Sequence record: LC819007.1
Length of the DNA: 64,000 nt
Strand: one strand, 5' to 3'
The notes under the pieces were generated by a model, which saw only the letters and a list, made by a program, of their open reading frames with translations, had not been told where the DNA came from and made no database searches. Made by a program: the position numbers and the translations under genes. This document shows positions 46,080-56,026 of this stretch, in pieces. Each line of letters begins with the position of its first letter. Position 1 is the first letter of the stretch.

Positions 46080-46445
46080 TTATGCCTTTGCAATAGGTTC
46101 TTCGTGCTTGCCTTCTTCACACTTGTGAAACCGCCAGCAGCCGATATCTCTCAACACGTAGACCTTGTACTCGTTACGCGAACGCATCACGATCACCGGT
46201 TCTACCTTGTCTTCAGTACCCTGCGGTGACTTCCACTTCACTGATGTAGTGTAGCCAGTCAGAATACCGTCGCAACCGAAGGCAGCACTGAGTCGCGGGA
46301 CAAACTCGATGACAGCGTCCAGTGGCGGCCAATACCCTTTCGGATGTGGTGTGTAAGAGAATCGTTCATCCCACAACGGAATCATCCCTTCGTACGGATC
46401 AGGCCCCGGATCAGGTAACCTCACCTTGATACCGTCCCCCATCAC
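46080..46445 (-). CDS. Hypothetical protein (121 aa)
   Basis: ORF track; overlaps upstream stop. Confidence 0.7.
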   Translation of the reverse strand: MMGDGIKVRLPDPGPDPYEGMIPLWDERFSYTPHPKGYWPPLDAVIEFVPRLSAAFGCDGILTGYTTSVKWKSPQGTEDKVEPVIVMRSRNEYKVYVLRDIGCWRFHKCEEGKHEEPIAKA

Positions 46446-47056
46446 GCCACCGCCTTCACTTCACTGCGTTCGACGTAGTTACCAGCCTCGTCGATCTTGC
46501 CTTGCTCGCGCAACGTGTACTCCAACGCCAACCACTCGTTGTAGCTGAGATCGGTGGCTTCCCACTTGTCCGTGACGTCGCACTGAGTCCAACAATTGGG
46601 CACTGACGTTTCGACGATCTTGAGCATGCCTGGTGTGAACTCAGCATAGTCAATGACTTGTCGCCACTTGTAGACTTCGGTGTACTCGTAGAGCGTCGTC
46701 GACGCTTCACCGATGACTGCAAAGCCACCGAGGTTACGAGCAAACGGACCAACCGGTTCACCCACTGGCGTGTAAGCGCCCTTCAGCAGCGTGTCGGGGT
46801 CAGAGATCAGCGAGAACTCGACGAAGATACCAATCGGTGGCACCACGCCTTCAATCGTGTCTTCCTTCGAGGCCCGCAGGAATTCGAACTCGCCCTTTCC
46901 TGCTTTACCCTTGCAGTCGAAGAAACGCTGCGGCGGCATCCGTACGTCAAGACGCTTGGATTGCTCGCCGTCTTTGTAAGGCTTGAAGATGCGGTGCAGC
47001 AAGGTGAGACGTTTGCCTCGGTCTCCCTGATTGAACGATACTGGAAAATCAGCCAT
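46442..47056 (-). CDS. Hypothetical protein (204 aa)
   Basis: ORF track. Confidence 0.75.
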   Translation of the reverse strand: MADFPVSFNQGDRGKRLTLLHRIFKPYKDGEQSKRLDVRMPPQRFFDCKGKAGKGEFEFLRASKEDTIEGVVPPIGIFVEFSLISDPDTLLKGAYTPVGEPVGPFARNLGGFAVIGEASTTLYEYTEVYKWRQVIDYAEFTPGMLKIVETSVPNCWTQCDVTDKWEATDLSYNEWLALEYTLREQGKIDEAGNYVERSEVKAVA

Positions 47057-47103
47057 GCTCTTTCCTTTAAGTACGCCGGGGCCGCAACCCCGGCGCTATG
47101 CCG

Positions 47104-48978
47104 TTACTTCCAGCTGGTGAGGGTGATCGTGCGCTTGGTGCTGTCCTTCAGCGTCACTTCGAAGACCATGCCTTGGCGCAGCATCGCACCGCCGACTGCC
47201 TTCTCGGCGTTGAGCCCTTCCATCGGGATACGCTTCGAGAGTTCGCACAGGGCGCGCGACATGCCGAAGTGATCGCTACGGATCGAACTACCGAGGATGG
47301 CCGTGCCGAAGCGTTCCAGACCACGCGCAAACTTCGATGCGAAGCCTTCGATGTGGACCAGGTAGTTCGGCTCCGAACCCGGAATGCGGTTCGAGGTCAG
47401 GATAGCTGCCACCGGCAGGTTTGTCGTTGAGTGCGCCGGGAACAGAACAGCGTCCGGGTTCATCACGCGGCAGAACTCTTGATAACCGATCGGCTGCGGC
47501 GTGTTCAGGATCGACGCGTACGGACCGACTTCCTTGTCGAAGGTCAGCAGTTCATCGTGTTCACCCTCGGTTGCCGCCGTCGTAGCGAACGCTGCGATTG
47601 CATTGACGTTCAACTCCGACAGACGAATGCTTTCGTAGTTCGGCAGCTCAGCGAGGAACGACATGGCCGACATCGACACTGCGACGTTGACGCCGCCCAG
47701 CACCTTGTCCATTGCGGCGTTGGCACTCAGGTCCTTGTTCTTTTCGACCTTCAGACCCGAGATGGCTTGCGCCACCGGATCGAAGTCAGCCGGGGGTTCG
47801 ACCTGGAAGTCAGCTGCCGGCGTGAAAGCGTCTTCTGCCGACCACACCACCGACTGTACTTCTTCCAGACGCATCAGGCGACGACGCATCGTGTTCTTCA
47901 AACCGCGCGCTTCCAGGAAGGCGATCGCTTGATCGAAACTGGCTTCCGACGCTTCAGCCGTCTTCTGCTTGTAGTTCTCGCCCGACGTAGCCTGTGCGAG
48001 CAGGTTCTTGACGTTCATCAGAACCTTTTCCATCATGGTCGGGTCTTCCTTACACTCGCGCTCGCCATCGAGCACGATGCCCAGGCAGGAGCCAGAGATA
48101 TGGCGCATCCAGCTGTTCTCGCGTCGCTGCATCGTCGACCACAGCCACAACAGGCCACGGCCCGTTTCCTTGTGGACACGACGCGTATCGACGATCAGCT
48201 TCACCAGTGAGTGACCGTGCACGAGCGCCGTGTGTTCCTTCTTGCCGATCTTGGTCTCGATGTACGTGAAGATCTTCGAGAGCAGATCGGTGTTCAGTTC
48301 GTTTGTGACGAAACGCTGGAACCAGTCCTGCACGTACTTGGCGTCGAACACCGGGTACAGGCTTTCGTTGAAACGTCGGATCGTGAGCTTGCTCTTCACG
48401 CCGAAGAAGTGTGTCCAGCCGCCGATCTCGTGTTCGGTCAGCACGTGTGCAAGTGCCGCGACCGGGGTGAGGACAGCACGCGCTGCTTTACGCTCGCCAA
48501 GACGATCGAACAGTACCGCTGCGATCGGGTTGCTTTCCGCTACTTCACGCAGCGCATCGACGACCGGGTAGGTAATTACACCATTGTCGTCCATCACCGC
48601 GAGACCGGCAATGTTTGCCCACACGTGACGGCAGTGCGAACAGTTGTAGTGCTGGTGGGTAGCCGCCGGCAGCGACTGATGGAAGTCGTGGAAATCGACC
48701 GGGCCGTAGCTGGTTTCCATCTTGCCGTCGCGCTGGACCATCTGGGCCTTTTCGGCGACGAGGTGCTTGCCGCTCGTGATCGCGGCTTCGACACGCTGCC
48801 CAATCACTTCACGCAGTTGCTTGTAGAAGCGATCTGCGTCTTCGAAATCTTCTTTCGTCTGAACGTCAACGGCTTGCTCGTCGCCAGTCACATCAGCCAG
48901 TGCGGCGATGTGGTTGATTTCTTCCTGCGTAGCTTGCTCGTGGTACGCGGTCGTATAGGTGATTTCTTTATCGGTCAT
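47104..48978 (-). CDS. Conserved large phage hypothetical protein (624 aa, HYNCSHC motif)
   Basis: ORF track; strong codon bias. Confidence 0.85.
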   Translation of the reverse strand: MTDKEITYTTAYHEQATQEEINHIAALADVTGDEQAVDVQTKEDFEDADRFYKQLREVIGQRVEAAITSGKHLVAEKAQMVQRDGKMETSYGPVDFHDFHQSLPAATHQHYNCSHCRHVWANIAGLAVMDDNGVITYPVVDALREVAESNPIAAVLFDRLGERKAARAVLTPVAALAHVLTEHEIGGWTHFFGVKSKLTIRRFNESLYPVFDAKYVQDWFQRFVTNELNTDLLSKIFTYIETKIGKKEHTALVHGHSLVKLIVDTRRVHKETGRGLLWLWSTMQRRENSWMRHISGSCLGIVLDGERECKEDPTMMEKVLMNVKNLLAQATSGENYKQKTAEASEASFDQAIAFLEARGLKNTMRRRLMRLEEVQSVVWSAEDAFTPAADFQVEPPADFDPVAQAISGLKVEKNKDLSANAAMDKVLGGVNVAVSMSAMSFLAELPNYESIRLSELNVNAIAAFATTAATEGEHDELLTFDKEVGPYASILNTPQPIGYQEFCRVMNPDAVLFPAHSTTNLPVAAILTSNRIPGSEPNYLVHIEGFASKFARGLERFGTAILGSSIRSDHFGMSRALCELSKRIPMEGLNAEKAVGGAMLRQGMVFEVTLKDSTKRTITLTSWK

Positions 48979-49116
48979 GTTGCACTTTCAACTTCGATAG
49001 GTTGATGGGTTTGTCTTACACATCAACTTCGAGGTGGGTTAAAAAGAACTACAACGGCATAAAGGCCTGGGTGCTGCAGCACCCAGGCCGTGCCCTGCTA
49101 AATAGTGCAGTGCGCT

Positions 49117-49767
49117 TTAGTAAGTGTTCCTAGCCGAGACATAGAGAAGAGTCGTCGACTTTGTCGGGAGAGACACGACAGAGGAGGCAGCACTAACTGA
49201 AGAAGCGGAGGTAATTCCACGAGGATTCTCAAAACGTCCAGCGTCTACCAGCGGATACTCGTTTTGGAACCGATACAATAGGTCGGCCTTCCGGGCCAGC
49301 TCATGACCTGCACGGGCAAGTGCGATATAGTTTCGCGCGTTACCCGAATAACACTTCAGGGCAGGATGAATCTTGCCCTTGGAATCGTCCAGACACTCGG
49401 CCAGGACTTGGGTTCCAACTTCAATGTTGGTGTCGATGTTTAATGGACTTCGACCTTTGAGCTTGTCACGATGGAACCGAGGGACGATCTGCATCAGTCC
49501 GCTGGCGCCGTAGTGGTTTCGTACATTAGGTCGGAAGCGACTCTCTTGACGCATGACAGCCATGATCAGGAAAGGATCGATGTTAAACCGTTGAGCATTG
49601 GTGAACACCGCCTTCGCGATATGGTTCGCGTCAGACTTTGACACTGCGTGATTCTCGTCCACGATAAGCTGGGCCATTGCGGCCTGCGTGGGCGACGGAT
49701 CGGCGTAAGCGATCGCCGATAACAGAAGCACGACGACCGCTAGGGCCGCTGTCTTCAGGACTTTCAT
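49117..49767 (-). CDS. Lytic transglycosylase (SLT domain) with signal peptide
   Basis: AVMRQESRF, GASGLMQI, NIEVG..VL, ALKCY motifs; hydrophobic N-terminus. Confidence 0.9.
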   Translation of the reverse strand: MKVLKTAALAVVVLLLSAIAYADPSPTQAAMAQLIVDENHAVSKSDANHIAKAVFTNAQRFNIDPFLIMAVMRQESRFRPNVRNHYGASGLMQIVPRFHRDKLKGRSPLNIDTNIEVGTQVLAECLDDSKGKIHPALKCYSGNARNYIALARAGHELARKADLLYRFQNEYPLVDAGRFENPRGITSASSVSAASSVVSLPTKSTTLLYVSARNTY

Positions 49768-49946
49768 GTTTTCCCCATGAGTAAGGTTAAGCCGTGTAGG
49801 GTCGGTATTTTGACGCTACAGGTTGGGATGGCCTTATGTTGATTGTTGCTTCTGGCCATGCGCTTGTATAGGATACTGCCGTACGAACACAAGAATCTGT
49901 TCGACGTGTTAATTTCTATCGGTCTCCTACAGGGGTTACTCTAGTA

Positions 49947-49956
49947 GTAATATGTG
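49947..49956 (-). promoter_or_regulatory. Putative early promoter element (CACATATTAC)
   Basis: Recurring motif just downstream of terminator 49991-50018. Confidence 0.55.
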
Positions 49957-50031
49957 GCCAGGGAATCGTTCAGTTAGCGCTATCTGACGACGGCATAAGA
50001 GCCAGCTCGCGCCGGCTCCTATACCAGATAA

Positions 50032-50045
50032 GGATCACCTCCTTT
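50032..50045 (-). promoter_or_regulatory. Perfect extended Shine-Dalgarno (AAAGGAGGTGATCC) with no downstream start codon
   Basis: Plus strand GGATCACCTCCTTT matches the conserved 16S rRNA 3' end. Confidence 0.5.
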
Positions 50046-50203
50046 AGTTCGTCAACCTCATATCGCTCTCCTTACACAAAGGCGACACTGATAGCAAAAC
50101 AATCTTCAAAGCACTAACCGTTTTCATTGCGCTAGTGATTCTCCTGTCTTTTAGAACTGCTGGAGGAAAGGTTGAGTAGGGGATACTGCTCCTACACAAG
50201 ATA

Positions 50204-51172
50204 TTACAATTTCTTGACGATCATCAGCTGTCGGACCAGATCCAGTCCAGCAACCAAGTCAAGACGGAAGCTAGCAGCGTCTGGATGACCCCCTCCGCCG
50301 AATCGGGTAGCGACAGTTTTCGCATTGACTTTCGAGTTTTCATTCGAACGCAAATTGAACACCACAATGTCACGTTTGATACGGAACCCGATCGAGAGGT
50401 CCACCTGCTTTTCCTTGCAGATGAAACCACCCAGCTGGGAATGCAGGATGCCCATGCCGTTGTGGACGGCGTAGCGGCCGAGCGTTTTTGGAACTTTCGG
50501 AAGGTACTGAGTGATATCCGGCGTATCGCTCAACAAATCGGGACACGGCGTCGCGACCTCTTCCTCGATGTCTCCGTACACGAGATTGCCACCGAACACA
50601 ATCGTGCGCATCGCGCTCTCGTTGCTCTGCTCCAGGATCAGACCGGTCTTGATGGCGTTGTCCATCACCGCCGCATCAGTGGCGAGCAGATCCCACTTCT
50701 CCCAGTTCTGTTTGACCCGGTCGTAGTGCAGATAGGCTTCGAACGCTGCGGTGTGCTGAAACTTCCACGCCCACATATCGAAGTCGTTCACCAGCAAACA
50801 GGCGAGGGGTGGCGAACGATCACCGAAGAAGTGTTCCCAAGCCAGCAGTGCCCCGGACTTGGTCTTGTCGAAGAACACGTAGGGCGCACCCCGCAGGCGT
50901 TCCTCAGCCGACTCGTGGTGATCGAGCACGCACAACAGACCCACTTTCTCGTGGACCTTGTCAAGTGTCTCGCGATCGTAGGAGAAGTCCAGGATGTAGA
51001 CCTGATCATTGACCGTGAGCGTGTCGATGTCGAGCGGGAAAGCCTGCTGGTACTGGACTTCCTTGAACTGGATGCCGTCCGGTTTCACATCCGGGTTATC
51101 CCGGAAATAACGCCACGCGCAATAACCGGCAAAGCGACCGTCGCTATCGGCGTGGTGAAGAATATGGATCAT
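50204..51172 (-). CDS. DHH/DHHA1 family phosphoesterase
   Basis: HHADSDG, ILDFS, LDHH, GGGHPDAASF motifs. Confidence 0.9.
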   Translation of the reverse strand: MIHILHHADSDGRFAGYCAWRYFRDNPDVKPDGIQFKEVQYQQAFPLDIDTLTVNDQVYILDFSYDRETLDKVHEKVGLLCVLDHHESAEERLRGAPYVFFDKTKSGALLAWEHFFGDRSPPLACLLVNDFDMWAWKFQHTAAFEAYLHYDRVKQNWEKWDLLATDAAVMDNAIKTGLILEQSNESAMRTIVFGGNLVYGDIEEEVATPCPDLLSDTPDITQYLPKVPKTLGRYAVHNGMGILHSQLGGFICKEKQVDLSIGFRIKRDIVVFNLRSNENSKVNAKTVATRFGGGGHPDAASFRLDLVAGLDLVRQLMIVKKL

Positions 51173-51177
51173 CGCGC

Positions 51178-51285
51178 TTACCTGGTGATGTCGAAGTGTT
51201 CGTAGCAGTAATTGCTATTCGGCATGGGCTTGTTCGCGCAGCCCTTGTGCATGCAGGGTAGCATGAACGTATAGCGCTTGTACAT
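51178..51285 (-). CDS. Tiny Cys/His zinc-finger-like protein (35 aa, MYKRYTFMLPCMHKGCANKPMPNSNYCYEHFDITR)
   Basis: Manual translation; GAAAGGA SD; C-x4-C-x10-C-x2-H. Confidence 0.65.
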   Translation of the reverse strand: MYKRYTFMLPCMHKGCANKPMPNSNYCYEHFDITR

Positions 51286-51302
51286 GAGAGTCCTTTCAAT
51301 AG

Positions 51303-51637
51303 TTAATGGTAGCCCGCCACAACGCTGGGGATGGCCTTGACGATAGCCGACACGCCTTCCTCACTCAGCACGGTGATACGGACTTCGTGACAGATACGTT
51401 TTCCAGCTGTTGAATCAGCTGGCGCATCATGCCGATGTCTTCGCCTTTCTTGAATCCACCGAGACGGCCGGCGATGATGGGCATCGTCGGGCTTTCGTCC
51501 TGGGTAGGAGTGGCTGACCAATGGGGCAGCTGGATGCTGCACAAATGCTGGTCACTGCCGATCAGGATTTTCTTGGCACTTTCCAGGCAACGCTCACACT
51601 GGATGTATTCGGTACAGAAGGAACCGAGCTTGGACAT
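51303..51637 (-). pseudogene. Hypothetical protein split by a -1 frameshift at GGAAAAC (51397-51404)
   Basis: MSKLGSF..PIIAGRLGG frame stops at 51365; the -1 frame continues RICHEVRITVLSEEG to 51303. Confidence 0.55.
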
Positions 51638-51723
51638 GATGGTCTCCCCGCGAACGGATGCTACAGTAAATGAAAGGTCGGTAAATAACAGCATAAGCAG
51701 AGGGTCGCCCCTCTGCCTACACG

Positions 51724-54078
51724 TTACCAGCTGAACTTCTCCAAACCAAGATTCAGCGGTGCTGCAGTGTCGGCAGGCTGCTTGTTAGCAGGCTGGTTCA
51801 CAGCAATACCGCTATCTTCGAGCGAGACCGAGCGCATCTGTCGATAACGACGATGAGTTTCGCTTTCTTCCCGACCCCACGGTGTGCCGTCAGCAAAGAA
51901 ATGCAACGGATCGAGTCCGAGGCTCTCCCCTGCCATGTGTCCCGGATGCTTCTCCGGCGTGATCGTCGGCTCGCCCGGCGTGGTTTCAGAGACTGAACGC
52001 GCCGTCTGCAGATTCATTTCCGTGGTGTTGTTGAGCAACCCCCAGAGTTCAATCCCGTCTTCCGTATCCAGCCATTCCAGACCCACACCTGACGTACCAG
52101 CCGTACCCAGCATCTGTTCGACCTGAGCTTTCGACCAGGCCATGATGTCGAGCGACCGAGTCGAGATGTTCGGTTCTTTGCCGGTATCCAGATACACGTT
52201 CCAGATCTGAACGACTTCGGTCTGACCCAGACGATCCACCCGTGAGCAAGCCTGCTCGTATTCGTGATCGCGGAACGGAGCGTTCAGGAACACGACGGTA
52301 TTCGCCATGATCAGGGGCACTGCCGTGGACAACGATTGCAGCGTAGCGATCAACGGGTTAGCGCGACCGTCCTTGTCGAACTGACCGACGATCTGTGGGA
52401 GCTCGCTATTCGTCTGTCCGTAGACCTTGAGCGGTGCGCCGCCTTCAGCCTTCAGGATGTCTGCTGCGCGATCCACCACTTCCACGTAGCTCGTGAACAC
52501 CACCGTCTTCTTCACCGAGTTCTCGATGATCTCAACCAGGTTGGTGTCGAACTTCTCGCCCGTCTGCATGTCAGTCGCGTGATACTGCTTCCACGCATTC
52601 AACATGTCGACGTTACACTGCGTGCGACGCTTACCGAGAATCCGCCCCAGTGCTTCGCCCTGCACTTTCAGCTTCACGTACTTGTAGACCGAACGCGCGT
52701 TCTTGAAGTCTTCCTTCAGTTCCTTGGGCAGGACTGGCAGGATCTTGTTCTTCTCGAAGGCGTTACAGAAGATCGGCTCTTCCTTGTGGATCATCGGGTC
52801 GTAAGCCGTATGCAGCAACTTCGCTGTGCGCACGTATTCGTCGAAGAGCTTGATCTCAGCCGGTGACTTGATCGTGCGTTCGTAAGCGCGGAGCCCAGCT
52901 TGATACATGGCCACATACTTCTCCATGTTCTGCTTGTAATACTCCAGTCGCTCCTTGACGAACTTGGACATGTCCTTGCTGATGGCGTCCAGCGTGTAGT
53001 CCTGTCCGTTGGGCAGCGTTACGTCGATACGGAACTGCTCCACCGTATTGCCGACGATTTGCTTCTTGTCAATCAGGAAGGTCATGTAACCCAGGCGGTG
53101 CGCCAGGATATCCAGACCACGCGCCGACGACAAACCGAAGATGGCCTTGAAGCGCTCTTCCGCTTCCTGGTCAAAGTACGGGTCGATCGAGCGCAGGATA
53201 GGAATCACTTCCGAACCCATGGCCTTGATCGGCGTGCCCGAGGACCACAACGTGTCTTCACTACGCACGAGCTTCACGAGCTTCAGGAACAGCTCGGTGC
53301 GCATCGACTTCAGCTCGTTGAGGTTGTGCGACTCGTCGAGAATGATGTTGATCTTCTTGTTGCGGAAGAACGGATCACTGAAGAACTCCACCATGCGGTC
53401 GAGTTGCTCGTAATGCGCGATGTAGTAGCGGCAACCCTTCTTGGGTTCTTCACCCGAAGTCGACTTCCAGTACGGCTGCTTGGCCTTGAACACCCAGTCG
53501 AGCGTATCAGCCCAGACGCGGTCCACTGCGTTCTTCGGCACGATACAGATGGTGATGTCCGTGTTCAGACACTCGGAGAGGGCAATACCCGTAATGGTCT
53601 TGCCCGAGCCCGGCGCAGCACCCAGGATCGCGCCCTTGAGTTGCCAGCGTGGAACCGACTCGTTGTAGTACGCGAGGAACTCGTTCTGGTGCGGCAGCAG
53701 CGTGACCGAGAGACGGTCCAGTGCCGAGAGATCCAGGCGTGCGGAGAACTTGTCCTGAAACGCCGTCTTCATCCAGATATTAGTTTCCATCTGGTTGAGG
53801 ATGTCCTGCACGGCCGAGCGATTCACGCGAGCGCGGCGCTCACCCATCAGGCGCTTACAGACGTAGTAGAAGTCCGGCGCAAAGAACGGGTGCAAGTCCA
53901 ACTGACGACTTTTGATCTTGCGAAACATATTGGACGAGATCTTTGACGTCTTCCACAGCTTGTCGATCTCGTACAGAAAGGGTGGCACTTTCATGCCCAG
54001 AATACGGACGGTCTTGGGGTCTTCTTGCTTGACCTCCACGCCCGTGAAGAAACTTGTGATATTGTCGATGTCGAACAT
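51724..54078 (-). CDS. SF2 (SNF2/DEAD-like) helicase (784 aa)
   Basis: APGSGKT, LDESH, SGTP, QACSRVDRLGQ motifs; start MFDIDN. Confidence 0.92.
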   Translation of the reverse strand: MFDIDNITSFFTGVEVKQEDPKTVRILGMKVPPFLYEIDKLWKTSKISSNMFRKIKSRQLDLHPFFAPDFYYVCKRLMGERRARVNRSAVQDILNQMETNIWMKTAFQDKFSARLDLSALDRLSVTLLPHQNEFLAYYNESVPRWQLKGAILGAAPGSGKTITGIALSECLNTDITICIVPKNAVDRVWADTLDWVFKAKQPYWKSTSGEEPKKGCRYYIAHYEQLDRMVEFFSDPFFRNKKINIILDESHNLNELKSMRTELFLKLVKLVRSEDTLWSSGTPIKAMGSEVIPILRSIDPYFDQEAEERFKAIFGLSSARGLDILAHRLGYMTFLIDKKQIVGNTVEQFRIDVTLPNGQDYTLDAISKDMSKFVKERLEYYKQNMEKYVAMYQAGLRAYERTIKSPAEIKLFDEYVRTAKLLHTAYDPMIHKEEPIFCNAFEKNKILPVLPKELKEDFKNARSVYKYVKLKVQGEALGRILGKRRTQCNVDMLNAWKQYHATDMQTGEKFDTNLVEIIENSVKKTVVFTSYVEVVDRAADILKAEGGAPLKVYGQTNSELPQIVGQFDKDGRANPLIATLQSLSTAVPLIMANTVVFLNAPFRDHEYEQACSRVDRLGQTEVVQIWNVYLDTGKEPNISTRSLDIMAWSKAQVEQMLGTAGTSGVGLEWLDTEDGIELWGLLNNTTEMNLQTARSVSETTPGEPTITPEKHPGHMAGESLGLDPLHFFADGTPWGREESETHRRYRQMRSVSLEDSGIAVNQPANKQPADTAAPLNLGLEKFSW

Positions 54079-54192
54079 GGTGCGCTCGGGGAGGAATATT
54101 TGTTCAAAAGATTGAGCGGCACTATGACGACAAAAAAATAAAGAAGACGGCATAAGAGCCAGCACCCGAAGGCACTGGCTCTCAATCAACAA

Positions 54193-55143
54193 TTACTCGA
54201 TACGACCAGCTAACACTGCGGCTTGACGACGACCAGACGGATCAGGCATTTTGAACCCGTGATTGGTTCGCACGCCATCGCTGTCTGCGTAGACTTTCAT
54301 CTCGGAGAAGAAGTCCTGCAGACGCGCAGTCGACTCCGTTTCCATCGCCGTGAGCCAAGACACAATGCCTGGCTTGTGCTTGCCGCTTTGCGCGCGCTCT
54401 GCCTGTTTGCTCGACAACGAGGTCACATATGTCGCGGTGATCTCATCGACCGACGCCAGCATCGCGTCCATCAACTCGATCCAGCATCGCGTACCTTGAC
54501 GAAGATCACCGGTTTCACGCAGGTAATCCGACAGACGGAAGTTCTTGACTTGACGCAGATGCTCGGTCACTCCCTGACGGATAGCAACCACTGCGATCGA
54601 ACCACCGATGTCCACGATCGACTTGTTCGTGATAGCGTAGTAGAACTCCGCCGTCCCGAACGGACCACCAGTGATTCGATACAACGAAAGCTCCAACGCT
54701 GGTTCGATGAACTTCGGCTTCCGAGCAGCTTCTCTCCGTGCTGCGTAGAACGCTCCGCAACCTTCTGCGAGCGCCGACAGCTTTTCCATGAACAGATCGT
54801 AGTTCTTGGCGTAGACGGTATCCGCGATCGCAAAGAACTCTTCAGTGGACAGGAACTGGAGATCTTCATCGGCGACGAACATTTCATAATCGTTCGCCAC
54901 GCGAATCTGGTCGGTGATGCCCTGCAGGATAGAAGCAGCCGTGCTGTCCATGGCGGCCTCTTCCTTCGACGACATGTCGCTGTCCTTTTTCAACTCGGCC
55001 TTGAACTTGCGGTCGATATCATTGACCACCGCACGCATGCGTCGTTTTGCATCAGCACCTTCGGCACGCACGGTCTTGAAACCCGGCACACCGAAAATCG
55101 AGAACGACATAACGACAACGCGATTGTTGATTGCTTCAGACAT
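54193..55143 (-). CDS. Hypothetical protein (316 aa)
   Basis: Start MSEAINN with GGAGG. Confidence 0.8.
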   Translation of the reverse strand: MSEAINNRVVVMSFSIFGVPGFKTVRAEGADAKRRMRAVVNDIDRKFKAELKKDSDMSSKEEAAMDSTAASILQGITDQIRVANDYEMFVADEDLQFLSTEEFFAIADTVYAKNYDLFMEKLSALAEGCGAFYAARREAARKPKFIEPALELSLYRITGGPFGTAEFYYAITNKSIVDIGGSIAVVAIRQGVTEHLRQVKNFRLSDYLRETGDLRQGTRCWIELMDAMLASVDEITATYVTSLSSKQAERAQSGKHKPGIVSWLTAMETESTARLQDFFSEMKVYADSDGVRTNHGFKMPDPSGRRQAAVLAGRIE

Positions 55144-55272
55144 GATAACCCCTCCATGGGTCGATAGTTGCAGGCATCCATACCTGCATACAAAAAGGTG
55201 TCTGGGTAAAATCTTGAAGAAAAACAAAGAAACGGCATAAAGGCGAGGAGACCGAAGCCTCCTCGCCTGAGC

Positions 55273-55587
55273 TTACGCCTGTGGGAACAGTGCGCGCATG
55301 CAACGCAGGAATACCTTTTGACCCATATTCGGGTTGGTGCATTCCTTCATCATGTTGCCAGCCAGTCCCTTGGCTGCGTTCGTGTCACCGAACTCTTCCT
55401 TGGCAAACGCTTCGAAACGTTCACGCAGGATGGCTTCGGTAATGCCGCACGCCTGGAGCGTGTTAGAGAACACACGAGCATACACCGTCAGTCCTTCCGG
55501 ATCGGCGTTATGCAGGTCGTTCAGCAACGAGCTGAAGTGAAGGGCTGCCGAATCGACGGCCTCGCTGATTGCTTTCGGGTCGACCAT
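55273..55587 (-). CDS. Hypothetical protein (104 aa)
   Basis: ORF track; AAGGAG. Confidence 0.75.
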   Translation of the reverse strand: MVDPKAISEAVDSAALHFSSLLNDLHNADPEGLTVYARVFSNTLQACGITEAILRERFEAFAKEEFGDTNAAKGLAGNMMKECTNPNMGQKVFLRCMRALFPQA

Positions 55588-55597
55588 CGCTAGCTCC

Positions 55598-55939
55598 TTA
55601 CGAAGTCTTGCGAACCATTGCCGCGAGTTGCGTCGTGAGGATATACCACTTCACGAACTTGCGGGCGTCGGCCGCCGTCTTGATGGACAGATACGCGCTT
55701 TTCGCGTGGCTGTAGGTGCTGTTGACGACCTTGCCTTCGACCTTGTCGGTCAGGTAGACAGTGTAACGGTCGCCGACCCATTCCAGACGCACACGGCCGA
55801 TGTACTTGCGGTCGCCGAAGTTGATTTCGATGACATTGTCGTCATCCAACTGACGCACGCGCACGACGCCGTCGATGTCGAGGTGGCCACGCAGAGTGAC
55901 GATAGCTTTGACGATTGCGTTTTTGCTATTCGTTGCCAT
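55598..55939 (-). CDS. Hypothetical protein (113 aa)
   Basis: ORF track; AGGAAG; early motif at 55996. Confidence 0.75.
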   Translation of the reverse strand: MATNSKNAIVKAIVTLRGHLDIDGVVRVRQLDDDNVIEINFGDRKYIGRVRLEWVGDRYTVYLTDKVEGKVVNSTYSHAKSAYLSIKTAADARKFVKWYILTTQLAAMVRKTS

Positions 55940-55995
55940 AGCTTATTACTTCCTTTTTTGGGTTAGGATGAGATACTGGATTGTACCTCATCTAA

Positions 55996-56003
55996 GTAAT
56001 ATG
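55996..56003 (-). promoter_or_regulatory. Putative early promoter element (CATATTAC)
   Basis: Recurring intergenic motif. Confidence 0.55.
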
Positions 56004-56026
56004 CTGTTGATTAATTTTGGAATCGA

